Shown here one piece after another: positions 46,602 to 55,749 of a stretch of 64,000 nt of DNA. The stretch comes from Gammaproteobacteria bacterium. Lineage in GTDB: Bacteria; Pseudomonadota; Gammaproteobacteria; UBA4575. A model generated the notes under the pieces. That model was not told where the DNA came from and did no database searches. It saw only the letters and a list, made by a program, of their open reading frames with translations. The stretch covers positions 24,452-88,451 of the forward strand of contig JBGCDS010000010.1 in NCBI GenBank assembly GCA_045105615.1, read 5' to 3'. Positions within the stretch are counted from its first letter, which is position 1; the number at the start of each line of letters is the position of its first letter. The translations under genes and the position numbers were made by a program.

Positions 46602-46958
46602 TTGAGCCGAAAGAAGACTACTTTATCCATGGATAAAGATGAATTAATTGCAGAACGAGAATTGATCTTCGTAGCACCTGACGGCTCAGAGACTTTCTCT
46701 AGCGTGCAGTTTGGTACGCCATATTTCACTGATGAGCATGGATGTTGTTGTGATTGGGAAATTCCAGGTATTGAGAAGCGTCGTTTTGCTGCTGGTGTAG
46801 ATGGAATACAGGCAATTTTATTATCTATGTTAATGGTAGCGTCACACCTCGATAATAAAAGTGATAAAGGTTGGAAGTTTTTGTGGCCTGATGATCGGTC
46901 GCAATCATCTGTCAGTGAATTATTTTCAGCTGAGCAGTTCAAAAAGTTAACTGAATGA
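46602..46958 (+). CDS. Hypothetical protein, acidic, CCC motif
   Basis: 118 aa. Shares a 19-nt leader with the preceding gene. Confidence 0.4.
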   Translation: MSRKKTTLSMDKDELIAERELIFVAPDGSETFSSVQFGTPYFTDEHGCCCDWEIPGIEKRRFAAGVDGIQAILLSMLMVASHLDNKSDKGWKFLWPDDRSQSSVSELFSAEQFKKLTE

Positions 46959-47127
46959 CTGCTTTTGCGTCGGTAGCATTATCAAATTAAGTTAAGGGGA
47001 CTTACGGGGGAAATTTCAACAACCTCTGACAATAATTGACTACTATCCCCAATCAAACAATTAGGTTAACTTCTTGATTTTGATATTGGAGTTTATGGCG
47101 GTTGATGGTGACATGTTGCTCTTGGAT

Positions 47128-47182
47128 GATTCAAAATCCGGTTTCTTCGGAAGTGCGAGTTCGATTCTCGCCCTCGGCACCA
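47128..47182 (+). repeat. attR: 55-bp direct repeat of the tRNA-Leu 3' end
   Basis: Exact copy of 40644-40698. Confidence 0.75.
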
Positions 47183-47327
47183 GGTCACGTCTATCATTCT
47201 CAAATAGACAACTAATCAGTTACTTGATCCGAATCACATGCATCAATCGCTTGCTCAAGCCATATATGCAAAACCAACTTCATTTCCAACCAACCGCCCA
47301 GATATAATACTCACGAAGATAACATTT

Positions 47328-47404
47328 GCCCCGGTAGCTCAGCTGGATAGAGCGTCCCCCTCCTAAGGGGAAGGCCGTGCGTTCGAATCGCGCTCGGGGC
47401 ACCA
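47328..47404 (+). tRNA. tRNA-Arg (anticodon CCT), CCA encoded
   Basis: Acceptor GCCCCGG/TCGGGGC, anticodon stem TCCCC/GGGGA, loop CTCCTAA. Confidence 0.8.
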
Positions 47405-47749
47405 ACCAAAATTGGAAATAACAAAAAGTAAGACATTAAGTTATCTAACAACCTATACAACACCTGTATTCAAACATTTTACAATACTTGTCATTCCAAA
47501 AGGTGCTCACAAAATATTCGGTATAGTCAATTTTATGGCGCACCCAAACAAATAATATTATTATAACTTACTGTTCTATATAAACTTTTATGCGCTCCTC
47601 TCCATTGGTAACTATTTAATCTATGTAATATTAATAACAACTCAGCAATAATGGTTAATTTTCATACTATTGTTAGCCTCAACAATTGCTTTGCTTTAAA
47701 AAAAAGAATGCTATAAAGCGCTTCGTTACTTAAGAACAAGCGGTTAGTT

Positions 47750-48277
47750 TTGGCTGGAACTACTCGCAAAACTACTCAACATATAGCAAAGCCGAACAAA
47801 TATATAATGAGCAAATCAAAAAAACTTTCACCCTCTGAGCTAAAGTCATTTACACGCTCGTTTCTTCAGTGCGGAGATCATTTACATACGCTCTGTCGAC
47901 TTGAAGTCAACAATCGCCTAGCCAAGTATGACGTAAAATATAGTCAATGGTTAATATTAGATTGTTTAACCCAGGAACAAGTGGACAATCCATCTAAGGT
48001 CGCATCTCAGCTCGGCATGGAAAGAGCCACTGTCAGCCGTAGCTTAGACATTCTTGAATCTCGCAATTTAGTCAGTCGAACACACAACCTAGCTGATAGG
48101 CGTGTAGTAGAAATACAAGTCACAGCTCAAGGCAAGAAGATCGCACAGTTAGGTGTTCAACGCCTTGAGCAAATCGTTCAATCAGTAACCTCAGATCTAT
48201 CTAGTAGCCAAATATCTGAAACATTTACGCTTCTCGATGTCATCAAAGATAATTTAAACCAAAAAATAGCACGTTAG
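47750..48277 (+). CDS. MarR family transcriptional regulator
   Basis: 175 aa. Winged-helix MarR signature (LGMERATVSRSLDILESRNLVSRTHNLADRRVVEIQVTAQG). The real start may be the internal ATG (MSKSKK). Confidence 0.8.
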   Translation: MAGTTRKTTQHIAKPNKYIMSKSKKLSPSELKSFTRSFLQCGDHLHTLCRLEVNNRLAKYDVKYSQWLILDCLTQEQVDNPSKVASQLGMERATVSRSLDILESRNLVSRTHNLADRRVVEIQVTAQGKKIAQLGVQRLEQIVQSVTSDLSSSQISETFTLLDVIKDNLNQKIAR

Positions 48278-48474
48278 ACGCATAGCCACTCCGTTGGCCC
48301 ATCTCATAACTATGCTGTTACAGCATAGGCATTGAATTCCCTTACATCATTCAAGCTATACCTAAGTTAGAATGATGTAGAGATCATTGCTTCTTGACCG
48401 CAAGCACGCAATACTTACACACATAACTAATAATAATAGAAAAACGATAACTTGGCCCCAAGTTAATTACGCAT

Positions 48475-49338
48475 ATGCCTGAAAATACACCAAATAGACA
48501 CACTCCATGCCCTCTATGGATATGGGCCATTTTACTCCTCGGCTTAATTTTGCTGTATCTACTCTATTCCCACGCAACATCAGAAAAAGCGCTTGAAATT
48601 CAACAGGATATCCAAACAAGAATCAGTCAAAGCCTGCTTGAATCAGAACAGACCAGCGCGGTTAAAGCTACCACTAATGGCCGCGATGTAACACTCAAAG
48701 GTAGTGTGATTAGCCAGGAGACACTCGCTACTGCAGAAAAAATTGCTAAGCGCACAGTAGGTGTTAGGCAAGTCATTAATCAGCTTACTACAGGTCAACA
48801 AGAGGTGAGTCCTGAGTCTGATGATACAGAGGCATTTTCTAGCGCAAAACTTGAGCCTATGCCGGATGAATTTGCTCCGTTACCAGCACTCAAGGCTAAA
48901 GTTGAAGCATTGCCTGATGAATTTGCGCCACTCGAAGATGAAGTCATGCAGAAAAGCGAAACTGTAGCGATTGAACAGGCACAGAAGAAATTCAATCAAT
49001 TAGATTTTAGCAATATCACTTTCGAGAAAAACTCTGTAAAGCTCACACCTATTGCACAACAGACACTCGACAACGCGGCCAAAGCGTTACTTGAAAATCC
49101 CAGCGTAAAGATCAGTGTTGATGGTCATACCGACAGCTCGGGCAACCCTGAGCTAAATCTAAATATTAGTAAGCAGCGCGCTAAGTCAGTATTAGATTAC
49201 TTAGTCAGCACTGGTGTTGATGCAACACGAATTGATGCGAATGGATTTGGAGATCAATTCCCAGTCGCACCCAATGAAACAAAAGCAGGTCGAATTAAAA
49301 ATCGACGCATAGAAATTAAAGTTAAAAACGGAGAGTAG
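48475..49338 (+). CDS. Membrane-anchored BON-domain/OmpA-family (peptidoglycan-binding) protein
   Basis: 287 aa. N-terminal TM; BON-like segment; C-terminal OmpA domain (VDGHTDSSGNPELN...RNRRIEIKV). Short PDEFAPL duplication. Confidence 0.8.
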   Translation: MPENTPNRHTPCPLWIWAILLLGLILLYLLYSHATSEKALEIQQDIQTRISQSLLESEQTSAVKATTNGRDVTLKGSVISQETLATAEKIAKRTVGVRQVINQLTTGQQEVSPESDDTEAFSSAKLEPMPDEFAPLPALKAKVEALPDEFAPLEDEVMQKSETVAIEQAQKKFNQLDFSNITFEKNSVKLTPIAQQTLDNAAKALLENPSVKISVDGHTDSSGNPELNLNISKQRAKSVLDYLVSTGVDATRIDANGFGDQFPVAPNETKAGRIKNRRIEIKVKNGE

Positions 49339-49342
49339 TGAT

Positions 49343-50863
49343 ATGTCTTATCTTGTAGGCGAAATGGGAGCCTACTTATTAGTTGCGGCAATTATTGGAG
49401 TACTAATAGGTTGGTTTTTAAGTCGATGCAAATGCAATAAAGCAATTGCCGAAATTGAATCTCAAAAACAAGCATTAAATACTGAGTTCACTTCTACAAA
49501 GAGCACCCTTGCTTTAAAAGAACAACAATTAACAGATTCTCAACACACTGTTGTTCAATTGCGTAGTGATGTAGCACTTGCCCAAGGTGAAGCCCACCTA
49601 ATGACTTCGCGCTGGAATAGCACGTTAAAACAAGCACGCCAGGCACCTAACCAGTTAAAGTGGATTAAATCTTTACAGACAAAATTAGCCAGCAAAAACA
49701 CACAGCTTTCGCAAAATCGCAAATATGCAGAAGCGAAAGCCTGGGAAGCAAAGGTCACTAAAGAAAATCTTTCTAGGGTTCATAACAGACTCACCCAAGT
49801 TGACGCTAAAGTTGCCAACTTAAAAGATTGGGTTTCGGTTTTCCAGACCAAGCTAATGAAAACAAAAACAGACTATGGCCAGCTGCGTAACTACGCAACT
49901 GCCGCCGCACGAAGTGATCGTGCTTATAAAGACAATTTAACACGTGCGCATAACCGCCTAACTGAGATTGAAGGCAAGCAACAACCTTTACGCACTTGGA
50001 TTCGTGTTTTCCAGACTAAGCTAATGAAAACAAAAGCTGATTACACTCAGTTGCGTAGCTATGCTGATAACATCCAATCATCTTTGAGTGCTAATGAAGA
50101 TAACCTTAATCGCACTCACACAAGATTATCTGAAGTAACAAAAGAGCTTGCACAACTACGTGATCGCAAAAATAATCCTATGCCTCCATTACCACCGGCT
50201 GCAGAAGTTAGCGATAACAAAACATTACGCTTAGTTGATCGCATTCGATTACTCGGCACCTCTAAGAAAGAGGTCTATGGGCGCATGCACAACCAAATTC
50301 GTGAAGCACGCTTAGAAACAATTGAAACAGAACGCGTACTTACCGATAGTTGCGAAGAAAAAGATGCCATCATTAACGGCTTACGTACACAGCTACGTAG
50401 CGCTGAAAATAGAGCCCAAAAAGCCCCTGTTGTTCAATTAGATCAAAGCGTCAGAATCAAAGAACTCGAGTCCGAGGTTGCCAAGTTGAACGCCGGCACT
50501 CACACGCAATCTGAACTTGAAAGTCAGCTGCGCGAGCATCGTTTCACTATTGACGCCTACCGCTCAAAATTGGACACAACAAAAAACCAGCTACTCACTC
50601 AAAGAGTCAACAGCATTGATAATCAGGATGACGCCATCCCTACACTGACGGACTCTGCCAGCGATGATTTAAAACTAATTAAAGGCATCGGTCCAAAATT
50701 AGAAGGCATACTGAATGATCTGGGTGTCTACAAATTCTCTCAAATTGCAGCATGGACACAAAAAGACATTGATGAGATCTCTACTAAACTAGGCAGCTTC
50801 AAAGATAGAATTTCTCGCGATGACTGGGTAAAAAAAGCCCACAAATTAGATAAGAGCAAATAA
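49343..50863 (+). CDS. Membrane-anchored long coiled-coil protein with internal ~56-aa tandem repeats and C-terminal helix-hairpin-helix-like domain
   Basis: 506 aa. N-terminal TM; heptad-rich; C-terminus LIKGIGPKLEGILNDLGVYKFSQIAAWTQKDIDEI. Start 5 bp after the OmpA-family gene. Confidence 0.6.
   Translation: MSYLVGEMGAYLLVAAIIGVLIGWFLSRCKCNKAIAEIESQKQALNTEFTSTKSTLALKEQQLTDSQHTVVQLRSDVALAQGEAHLMTSRWNSTLKQARQAPNQLKWIKSLQTKLASKNTQLSQNRKYAEAKAWEAKVTKENLSRVHNRLTQVDAKVANLKDWVSVFQTKLMKTKTDYGQLRNYATAAARSDRAYKDNLTRAHNRLTEIEGKQQPLRTWIRVFQTKLMKTKADYTQLRSYADNIQSSLSANEDNLNRTHTRLSEVTKELAQLRDRKNNPMPPLPPAAEVSDNKTLRLVDRIRLLGTSKKEVYGRMHNQIREARLETIETERVLTDSCEEKDAIINGLRTQLRSAENRAQKAPVVQLDQSVRIKELESEVAKLNAGTHTQSELESQLREHRFTIDAYRSKLDTTKNQLLTQRVNSIDNQDDAIPTLTDSASDDLKLIKGIGPKLEGILNDLGVYKFSQIAAWTQKDIDEISTKLGSFKDRISRDDWVKKAHKLDKSK
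49763..50149 (+). repeat. Intragenic tandem repeat, period about 168 bp (about 2.3 copies, plus a degenerate partial copy upstream)
   Basis: DNA TTCCAGACCAAGCTAATGAAAACAAAAACAGACTATGGCCAGCTGCGTAACTACGC versus TTCCAGACTAAGCTAATGAAAACAAAAGCTGATTACACTCAGTTGCGTAGCTATGC. Protein ...VFQTKLMKTK(T/A)DY.QLR.YA repeated. Confidence 0.6.
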
Positions 50864-50876
50864 CATTTACTCTTCA

Positions 50877-50912
50877 CTTATTCAGAATTGGAAGCCTCTG
50901 ATTCTGAATAAG
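50877..50912 (+). terminator. Perfect 12-bp inverted repeat (CTTATTCAGAAT...ATTCTGAATAAG) plus T-rich tract. Likely terminator for the coiled-coil gene, overlapping the 3' end of the convergent gene
   Basis: Read directly from the sequence; followed by TATTTTC. Confidence 0.4.
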
Positions 50913-51294
50913 TATTTTCAAATACCTTCACGCCTTTATCATCCAAAATCATACGTGGTGCTGGGTTTATTCTATCGCTAGTCAGTTTCAGCTCATCAGC
51001 AGTCATCGTCATGCGATTACCGCCGGCACTTTCCATCACTAAGCCAGCCGTTCTTTTTTCGGCATCTGTCACTTGCCAACTACCATAGATTGAACCTTGA
51101 CCATCAATCAGCTCAAATTCTCGCGCTTTCACTTTATGTGCATAAACAATTTCTGAACCGCTGTCGACTGAAATAACGTCGTAGATTGAGTAACCCACCA
51201 ATATAATAATTGCGATACGAGTATTACGTTGCAAAATCTCAATGGACTTCATGCGTTCTTCTAAACTTTTATCGTGTTTTGTATTCTCCGACAT
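50878..51294 (-). CDS. Hypothetical N-terminally membrane-anchored periplasmic protein
   Basis: 138 aa. TM IAIIILVGYSIYDVI; no confident domain. Confidence 0.4.
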   Translation of the reverse strand: MSENTKHDKSLEERMKSIEILQRNTRIAIIILVGYSIYDVISVDSGSEIVYAHKVKAREFELIDGQGSIYGSWQVTDAEKRTAGLVMESAGGNRMTMTADELKLTSDRINPAPRMILDDKGVKVFENTYSESEASNSE

Positions 51295-51312
51295 TGAAAT
51301 CTCCTAGCTTCT

Positions 51313-52044
51313 TTAATTATCACTTTTTATATTAAGTATTGCTTGCAGCTCAGTTAAACAATGAACTACATAATGAGGGTTTTGACCTCCCGGCCAAGCT
51401 TGTCGTTTGCGATTAAACCAAACAGCTTTACATCCTGCATTGATTGCGCCGAGCACATCTGTCTGCGCAGAATCACCCACATGCATAATATTAGCTAATT
51501 CAACTTTTGCTAATTTAGCCGCTTGTTTAAACATCTTTGGATGCGGCTTACTGAACCCTACTATTTCTGCGCTGACAACAAAATCGAAATGCTTGCCAAC
51601 AGGAATTTGATCTAGTTGGGCATTTCCATTTGTTATCGCCCCCAAAACAAAATGCTGTTTCAAGCTCGACAAAATTGATTCGCTGAATTCAAACAGCTCG
51701 ACTTGATTTCTGTAACGACGAAATAATTGCAAACCGTGCTCAGCAAACGCTTTGTTATATCCAAATTCATCGCCAATTTCTAACAACGAGCAATATCTTA
51801 ACTCAGTTACATTATGCGCGATGTCGGTACGACTATTCTGAAGCGCGACTCTTTTAGCTGCAATATCTTGTTGGGTGTAGGCATTACTCACCTGAGGATA
51901 ATTTTTTTCAATCCATTGATAAAGTTTTAGCTCTGCGCGAACAATTGTTGGCTCAACTGGCCAGAGCGTATCGTCTAAATCCAATGTCACGCATTTAATC
52001 TGTTCAGTCTGAGTGCTTTTAGCCATATCAGTTAACACATCCAT
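51313..52044 (-). CDS. HAD-IA family hydrolase (YjjG-like nucleotidase/phosphatase)
   Basis: 243 aa. DLDDTLW motif I; downstream HAD motifs. Confidence 0.75.
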   Translation of the reverse strand: MDVLTDMAKSTQTEQIKCVTLDLDDTLWPVEPTIVRAELKLYQWIEKNYPQVSNAYTQQDIAAKRVALQNSRTDIAHNVTELRYCSLLEIGDEFGYNKAFAEHGLQLFRRYRNQVELFEFSESILSSLKQHFVLGAITNGNAQLDQIPVGKHFDFVVSAEIVGFSKPHPKMFKQAAKLAKVELANIMHVGDSAQTDVLGAINAGCKAVWFNRKRQAWPGGQNPHYVVHCLTELQAILNIKSDN

Positions 52045-52474
52045 GTATTGTTAATGTGATTTTACGCTGATGGCCTCGATGCCTGTGTTCCCATAGATAA
52101 ACACCCTGCCAAATTCCTAGTGCCAGCTCCCCCTGCGTGATCGGCAGTGTTAATTCTGTTTGTGTCATGACTGAACGCACATGAGCTGGCATATCATCTG
52201 CGCCTTCACAGGTGTGGATAAATATCGGGTCACCGTCAGGCACTATTTTCTGCATAAACGACTCTAAATCCACTCTCACATCCTCATCTGCATTCTCACA
52301 AATCATCAGCGAGGCACTCGTATGATGTATAAACGCATGACAAACACCCATATTTATCTCTGCAGTACGCACAACAGCTCGAATATTCTGAGTGATTTCA
52401 GTTGTACCTCGGCCTGGTGTCGTAAATTGTAGGGTTTGCTGGTAATAGCTGACATTTTTAGACATTGTTTTCAA
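52028..52474 (-). CDS. YjbQ/UPF0047 family secondary thiamine-phosphate synthase-like protein
   Basis: 148 aa. Family similarity across the whole length. Confidence 0.75.
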   Translation of the reverse strand: MKTMSKNVSYYQQTLQFTTPGRGTTEITQNIRAVVRTAEINMGVCHAFIHHTSASLMICENADEDVRVDLESFMQKIVPDGDPIFIHTCEGADDMPAHVRSVMTQTELTLPITQGELALGIWQGVYLWEHRHRGHQRKITLTIHGCVN

Positions 52475-52548
52475 ATCTAGCTTCGTTTCAACCGTCGATG
52501 TTAGTTACACTATGCACCACTACATAGTAATCACAAAATCCACACACT

Positions 52549-53784
52549 TTGATGCAAATAGACACCAATGCAATGCTAAGACGAAAATCTATCGCAGTTA
52601 AAATTGGCGATGTCACTATGGGTGGTGACACTCCTATTGTCGTACAGTCGATGACCAATACGGATTCTAGCGACATAATTCGTACCGCCGCACAAATTGC
52701 AGACCTTGCCAAGGCAGGCTCAGAACTAGTACGGATCACCGTGAATAATATTGAAGCTGCTCGCGCCGTTCCACACATCAAAGAACAATTAGCGCGCATG
52801 AATATTTCCGTACCTATTGTTGGTGATTTTCATTTCAATGGGCATAAATTGCTGAGCGAAGCACCTGAGTGTGCTGAGCATCTGGACAAATACCGCATCA
52901 ATCCAGGCAATGTTGGACGCGGCAGCAAGCGTGATAGTCAGTTCGCTAGCATGATAGAAACTGCGTGCAAATATCAAAAACCTGTGCGCATTGGAGTAAA
53001 TTGGGGTAGTCTGGATCAGCAGATTTTGGCGGAACAAATGGATAATAATCAACAACTTAACAATCCAAAGTCTGCTGAAGAAGTGATGCAAGAAGCATTA
53101 ATCACCTCGGCATTAACTAGCGCCACTTACGCAGAGACACTGGGCTTAGGCGCAGACAAAATTGTGATTTCTTGCAAAATTAGTAATGCGCCTAAATTAA
53201 TAGATGTTTATAAACTTCTGGCGCAACGCTGTCCTTACGCATTACATGTCGGACTCACTGAAGCTGGCATGGGTATTAAAGGCACCGTTGCTTCTGCAGC
53301 TGCGCTAGGAGTTCTACTTCACCAAGGCATAGGTGACACTATACGCGTCTCACTGACACCGCAGCCTGGTGGCTCACGCACAGAAGAAGTCTTAATTGCT
53401 CAAGAGATACTTCAATCATTAGACTTACGGGCCTTTAGTCCAGCTGTCACATCATGTCCTGGCTGTGGACGCACGACTAGTGAATATTTCCAAGAACTCG
53501 CGGACGACATCCAAATATATCTGCGTGACTCCATGCAAGAATGGAAACAAACCTTACCTGGCGTTGAACATCTATCAGTCGCTGTCATGGGTTGCGTGGT
53601 GAATGGTCCCGGCGAAAGCAAACATGCAAACATTGGCATCAGCCTACCTGGTAGCGGAGAAGCACCAGTAGCACCGGTATATATAGATGGTGAAAAATCT
53701 TGCACTTTACGCGGCGACAACATTGCCGGGGAATTCAAACAAATTGTGACTAGTTATGTATATGAAAATTACCAACAGAAATAA
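52549..53784 (+). CDS. ispG: 4-hydroxy-3-methylbut-2-en-1-yl diphosphate synthase (flavodoxin)
   Basis: 411 aa. RRKS...VQSMTNT N-terminus; C-terminal Fe-S Cys (CPGCGRT...C). Confidence 0.9.
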   Translation: MMQIDTNAMLRRKSIAVKIGDVTMGGDTPIVVQSMTNTDSSDIIRTAAQIADLAKAGSELVRITVNNIEAARAVPHIKEQLARMNISVPIVGDFHFNGHKLLSEAPECAEHLDKYRINPGNVGRGSKRDSQFASMIETACKYQKPVRIGVNWGSLDQQILAEQMDNNQQLNNPKSAEEVMQEALITSALTSATYAETLGLGADKIVISCKISNAPKLIDVYKLLAQRCPYALHVGLTEAGMGIKGTVASAAALGVLLHQGIGDTIRVSLTPQPGGSRTEEVLIAQEILQSLDLRAFSPAVTSCPGCGRTTSEYFQELADDIQIYLRDSMQEWKQTLPGVEHLSVAVMGCVVNGPGESKHANIGISLPGSGEAPVAPVYIDGEKSCTLRGDNIAGEFKQIVTSYVYENYQQK

Positions 53785-54161
53785 CTAAAACTGAATATTG
53801 CGCCAGCATTTTGTCATCGCTTAATTCTCATATAACTCTATAACAATAGGTTACTTACACTTATTCAAGTGTTGTTCTAAAACATTTTCGCGCAATAACA
53901 TATTGTTAAAAAATTTAGGGAACTATCGGCTATATGGTAGTATCCTAGTCTACAGAAGGTAATTTTGAGAACTACATACATATCCTATGGAAGTAATATC
54001 TAGTAAGGTTGAAGAAGGTCTTTCCACGCACGACATTTCGTTATCAGTGTTGTTTGCATTGTGGCTAATTTTAGGACTAGCTACCTACGCATTTGCACTA
54101 TTTACGGTTTGGTTGCCGGAGATAGAAAGACTCACTATTATTTAACAGGCTGGGGAAATAA

Positions 54162-54689
54162 GTGTCGACAGTAATTACCCAAGAACGGCGAGGTTCTGAA
54201 GATCGTCGCATTATGATTGCGACTCCCTTATTCCCGTTTTTTGACTCCGAAGACACGCTAGTCAGACAAGACCGCAGACAGATCCCTGAACGCCGAATAA
54301 ATAACATTACAATAGAAGACACTGTTACTGAGAAAGCGAGTAATAGCAACATTGAAGAAGCGCTAGGCAATAAACGTCTTTTCATTTGGTTTCAAGATGA
54401 AATCCATGAAATAAAGCGCACTAACGATAATGTCTGGATTGGTAGATCTTCAGACTGTTTAGCTACATTCGAATCCCGTTTCGTTTCTCGCAAACATGCG
54501 AGGCTATATTTTGAAGATGGTGCATATTATCTACTTGATAATAGTATCAATGGCACGTACATCAAAAATGACGATGGCGAGACCTTTATAACCAAAGGTA
54601 AAGTCGTGGTAAAAGGTAGCGGAGTCATCAGCCTAGGCGTCCCTCTAGATCACTCAGAAAGTGATCTCATTCACTTCTTCATTGGCTAG
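54162..54689 (+). CDS. FHA-domain protein with Arg-rich N-terminal extension (GTG start with a good RBS)
   Basis: 175 aa. FHA core GRSSDC...VSRKHARL...DNSINGTYI. RBS GGGGAA 5 nt before GTG. Confidence 0.65.
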   Translation: MSTVITQERRGSEDRRIMIATPLFPFFDSEDTLVRQDRRQIPERRINNITIEDTVTEKASNSNIEEALGNKRLFIWFQDEIHEIKRTNDNVWIGRSSDCLATFESRFVSRKHARLYFEDGAYYLLDNSINGTYIKNDDGETFITKGKVVVKGSGVISLGVPLDHSESDLIHFFIG

Positions 54690-54811
54690 ATAATAAACAC
54701 GATAAAATCTGCTTCTAATCACAGCTAAATTTATCGGCTACATCTAACCGTTCTTCGGCTTTTTCTTTTAATGTCAATGCAGTTTATTTCTGCTTAAGAC
54801 ATACTTCGCGT

Positions 54812-55435
54812 ATGTCACAAAAACAATTCAAATCAGACGACAAGCCTGCTGAACGCCGGAAATGGGGAAAACGACCAAGCTATCCATTTGTTGATAGCCG
54901 AGGTGTGCTTGTTACCAAAAATCGACGCCTTGCAATCGATGTACGCGATGATGCAGATGAGCAAGAAAGCAACGGCCAGATGTCAGGTCGCCGTGCAAGC
55001 GATCGAGAAGCGCTAGATAATTCCGATACAGCGCCGGAGTTACCTGCAATTCTACGAGATAATGATTTAACGAACGCTGGCATACCCACATTAGAAACAG
55101 CGGCGTCTCTAGCGCAAAGCATGGAACTAGTCTTCCAAAAGTGGCGTATCAACCTATCAGCACAGGAACCACGCTGCAGTTTAGGACGAGATCAAAATTG
55201 CGATTTAGTTCTACTTAATAGATTCTCCTCTCGTCGCCATGGGCGCTTAGAATGGCGCAATGGTCAGTTCTATTTCTGCGACCATAGCTTCAATGGCACT
55301 TATATAGATTTCGATGATGGTCGCACGACCCATATTTGTCGTGACGAAAGCGTGCTTAGCGGTTCAGGTACTATCAGCTTAGGAAAACCCTCTAATATTG
55401 ATCAAGAATTCGTTATCCGTTTTAAAATTAGTTAA
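54812..55435 (+). CDS. FHA-domain protein, paralog of the preceding gene
   Basis: 207 aa. FHA core GRDQNCD...SRRHGRL...DHSFNGTYI. Shares the N-terminal ERR...PF.DS...LV...RR motif with the upstream gene. Confidence 0.65.
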   Translation: MSQKQFKSDDKPAERRKWGKRPSYPFVDSRGVLVTKNRRLAIDVRDDADEQESNGQMSGRRASDREALDNSDTAPELPAILRDNDLTNAGIPTLETAASLAQSMELVFQKWRINLSAQEPRCSLGRDQNCDLVLLNRFSSRRHGRLEWRNGQFYFCDHSFNGTYIDFDDGRTTHICRDESVLSGSGTISLGKPSNIDQEFVIRFKIS

Positions 55436-55749
55436 ACACTTGTCTACTTAACCACTTTTATCTCAAAACGGTGATTTGTTTATATAACTGCCGACCTCAA
55501 CACCAAATTCTGAATACAAATAAAGTATTATTAATATTCCGAGTTAGTCATCTCTCAATACCCACTCTTATTGCAAAACTGCGCTTAGTTCACATTTAGA
55601 GAAGGAACTCTGCTGATTTCGACTTTCCACCTACCGTTTATTCGCTAAATTATGACGTTCATCACGGGCAGGCACTGAATAGACCAATAGTATAGTCACC
55701 AACAGATTCAGAGAAACTACGCTCTTAACAGAGCCTAACCTTGAAGTGA

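Larger units (their letters stand above)
40699..47182. mobile_element. About 6.5 kb tRNA-Leu-integrated genomic island or integrative element (integrase, Xis-like, Rep-like, cargo), bounded by 55-bp direct repeats
   Basis: Integrase gene plus direct repeat of the tRNA 3' end; more AT-rich than flanks; ends immediately before tRNA-Arg. Confidence 0.7.

Noticed and set aside
47074-47307. 77-aa ORF spanning attR
   Set aside because: It runs straight through the tRNA-derived repeat, so the coding appearance is coincidental.
47405-50863. A second integrated element anchored at tRNA-Arg
   Set aside because: No direct repeat of the tRNA-Arg 3' end and no integrase found downstream. It is only flagged as a possibly old insertion.
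52488-53091. Minus-strand ORFs (52488-52799, 52789-53091) overlapping the ispG start
   Set aside because: Antisense to a strongly supported ispG reading frame.
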